A stretch of 64,000 nucleotides of DNA from the human T2T-CHM13v2.0 reference genome, Homo sapiens: the NCBI RefSeq assembly GCF_009914755.1, contig NC_060930.1; one strand, 5' to 3'. Positions 62,947 through 64,000 of the stretch are shown here, piece after piece. Every line of letters starts with the position of its first letter. Position 1 is the stretch's first letter. The position numbers were made by a program, and so were the translations under genes. The notes under the pieces are model-generated. The model saw only the letters and a program-made list of their open reading frames with translations. It searched no databases and was not told the DNA's origin.

Positions 62947-63342
62947 TGCTGTGGCTTGAATGTGTTCCCCCAAGGTTCATGTATGGCAAACCTAATCCCT
63001 AATGCAACAGTGCTGGGAGGCGGGGGCTAATGGAAGATGCTTAGGTCATGAGGGCTCCACCTCATGAAAGGGTTAATGTTGTTACTGTGGGATTGGGTCC
63101 CTTATTGTGGGAGTGGGCTTATTATAAAAGCAAGTTCAGCTCCCTTTTGCTTTCTCTTGCTTTTGCCCTCTCTTGCCCTTCTTCCTTTTGCCATGGGATG
63201 ATGTAGTAAGAAGGCCCTCGCCAGATGCCAGTGCCATACTCTTGGACTTCCAGCCTCCAGAACCGTGAGCTAATAAATTATTCTTCTTTATAAATTACCC
63301 AGTCTCAGGAATCTGTTATAGCAGCACAAACTGACTAAGACA
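62947..63342 (+). mobile_element. MaLR solo LTR (MSTD-like), complete, 396 bp
   Basis: TG...CA termini (TGCTGTGGCTTGAATGTG ... GACTAAGACA), AATAAA, perfect 5-bp TSD GACAG. Confidence 0.9.
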
Positions 63343-64000
63343 GACAGTGACTCTATCTGTGATTTAAGGGACCAGTGAGAAGAGCCAGCTTTCTCAGGCT
63401 GCCTGAAGCACAGAGGTAAATAAGTGTCAGCTCCAGCCAGCACAGACTTCCCTGGATCTGCCCAAGGATGCTAGCATCAGGAAAGAGAGAGAAGCTGTGA
63501 AAATATGACACCTACATACACCCCAGCTCACCCTTCCTAGATACCCTGCACCTGCCATCTCTTCCCTGCCCCCATGAGTGGCTCTGCCATCCACCCTGCT
63601 GTGCAGAGGAAGTACTGCTCTAGGTGAGCCCTGGGTCACCATGATCCAGTGTCAGCCTCTGACCAGGGCCATAAGTAGAGACCCATGGCCTGGCGGCAGC
63701 TGCCTGAGTAAGTAGCAAGCCCTAGTTATGGCCCCTTAGTGTTCCCCTTGGGGACTTCCTGCCTGGGCATAAGAGAAAACATTGGAGAAAATTGCAGGCC
63801 CCACACAACTGGCTTCTGCAAAAAGCATAGACCTCCCTGGAGAGCTTCCCATGGTCCAGGGAATTCAAGCAGAGGCAGAAAGGTCACCCCTTGGAGGTGA
63901 TTCTGGAGGGGACACTGTGCTAAGGATAACAAAAATAACATGTTATCCCCTACCATGCATTGAGTCATCACCATGTTTCAGGTGGTCCCTTAATAGGAAC

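Overview
This is primate, most likely human, non-coding DNA from an intergenic or deep intronic region, and it is fairly GC-rich. The evidence is about a dozen Alu/FLAM copies, a 5'-truncated L1PA, and many MIR, L2, L3, old L1M, MER and LTR relics. I found no credible host protein-coding exon, tRNA, rRNA or CpG island, and I could not recognise the locus. The only protein-like sequence comes from transposons: a decayed ERVL-type integrase plus dUTPase-like segment (1-1330), a CR1/L3 ORF2 fragment (~4140-4460) and an L1 ORF2p C-terminus (43969-44282). The most notable observations are these. (1) The MER21-like LTR stops in a poly(A) tail at its poly(A) site, suggesting an L1-retroposed ERV transcript. 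(2) A 30-bp inverted templated copy lies 1.07 kb from its source. (3) A ~39-bp motif, probably L2-derived, occurs as a tandem array and as dispersed copies on both strands. (4) Two cryptic ~24-bp tandem families are present, one made of ZNF143-like sites. (5) A perfect 18-bp palindrome reads as a CTCF-like motif on both strands. (6) Several homotypic TF-motif clusters (MEF2, E-box, CCAAT, homeodomain) sit in repeat-free islands. None of these proves a new biological system. Repeat subfamily names come from recalled consensus sequences and need RepeatMasker/Dfam confirmation.
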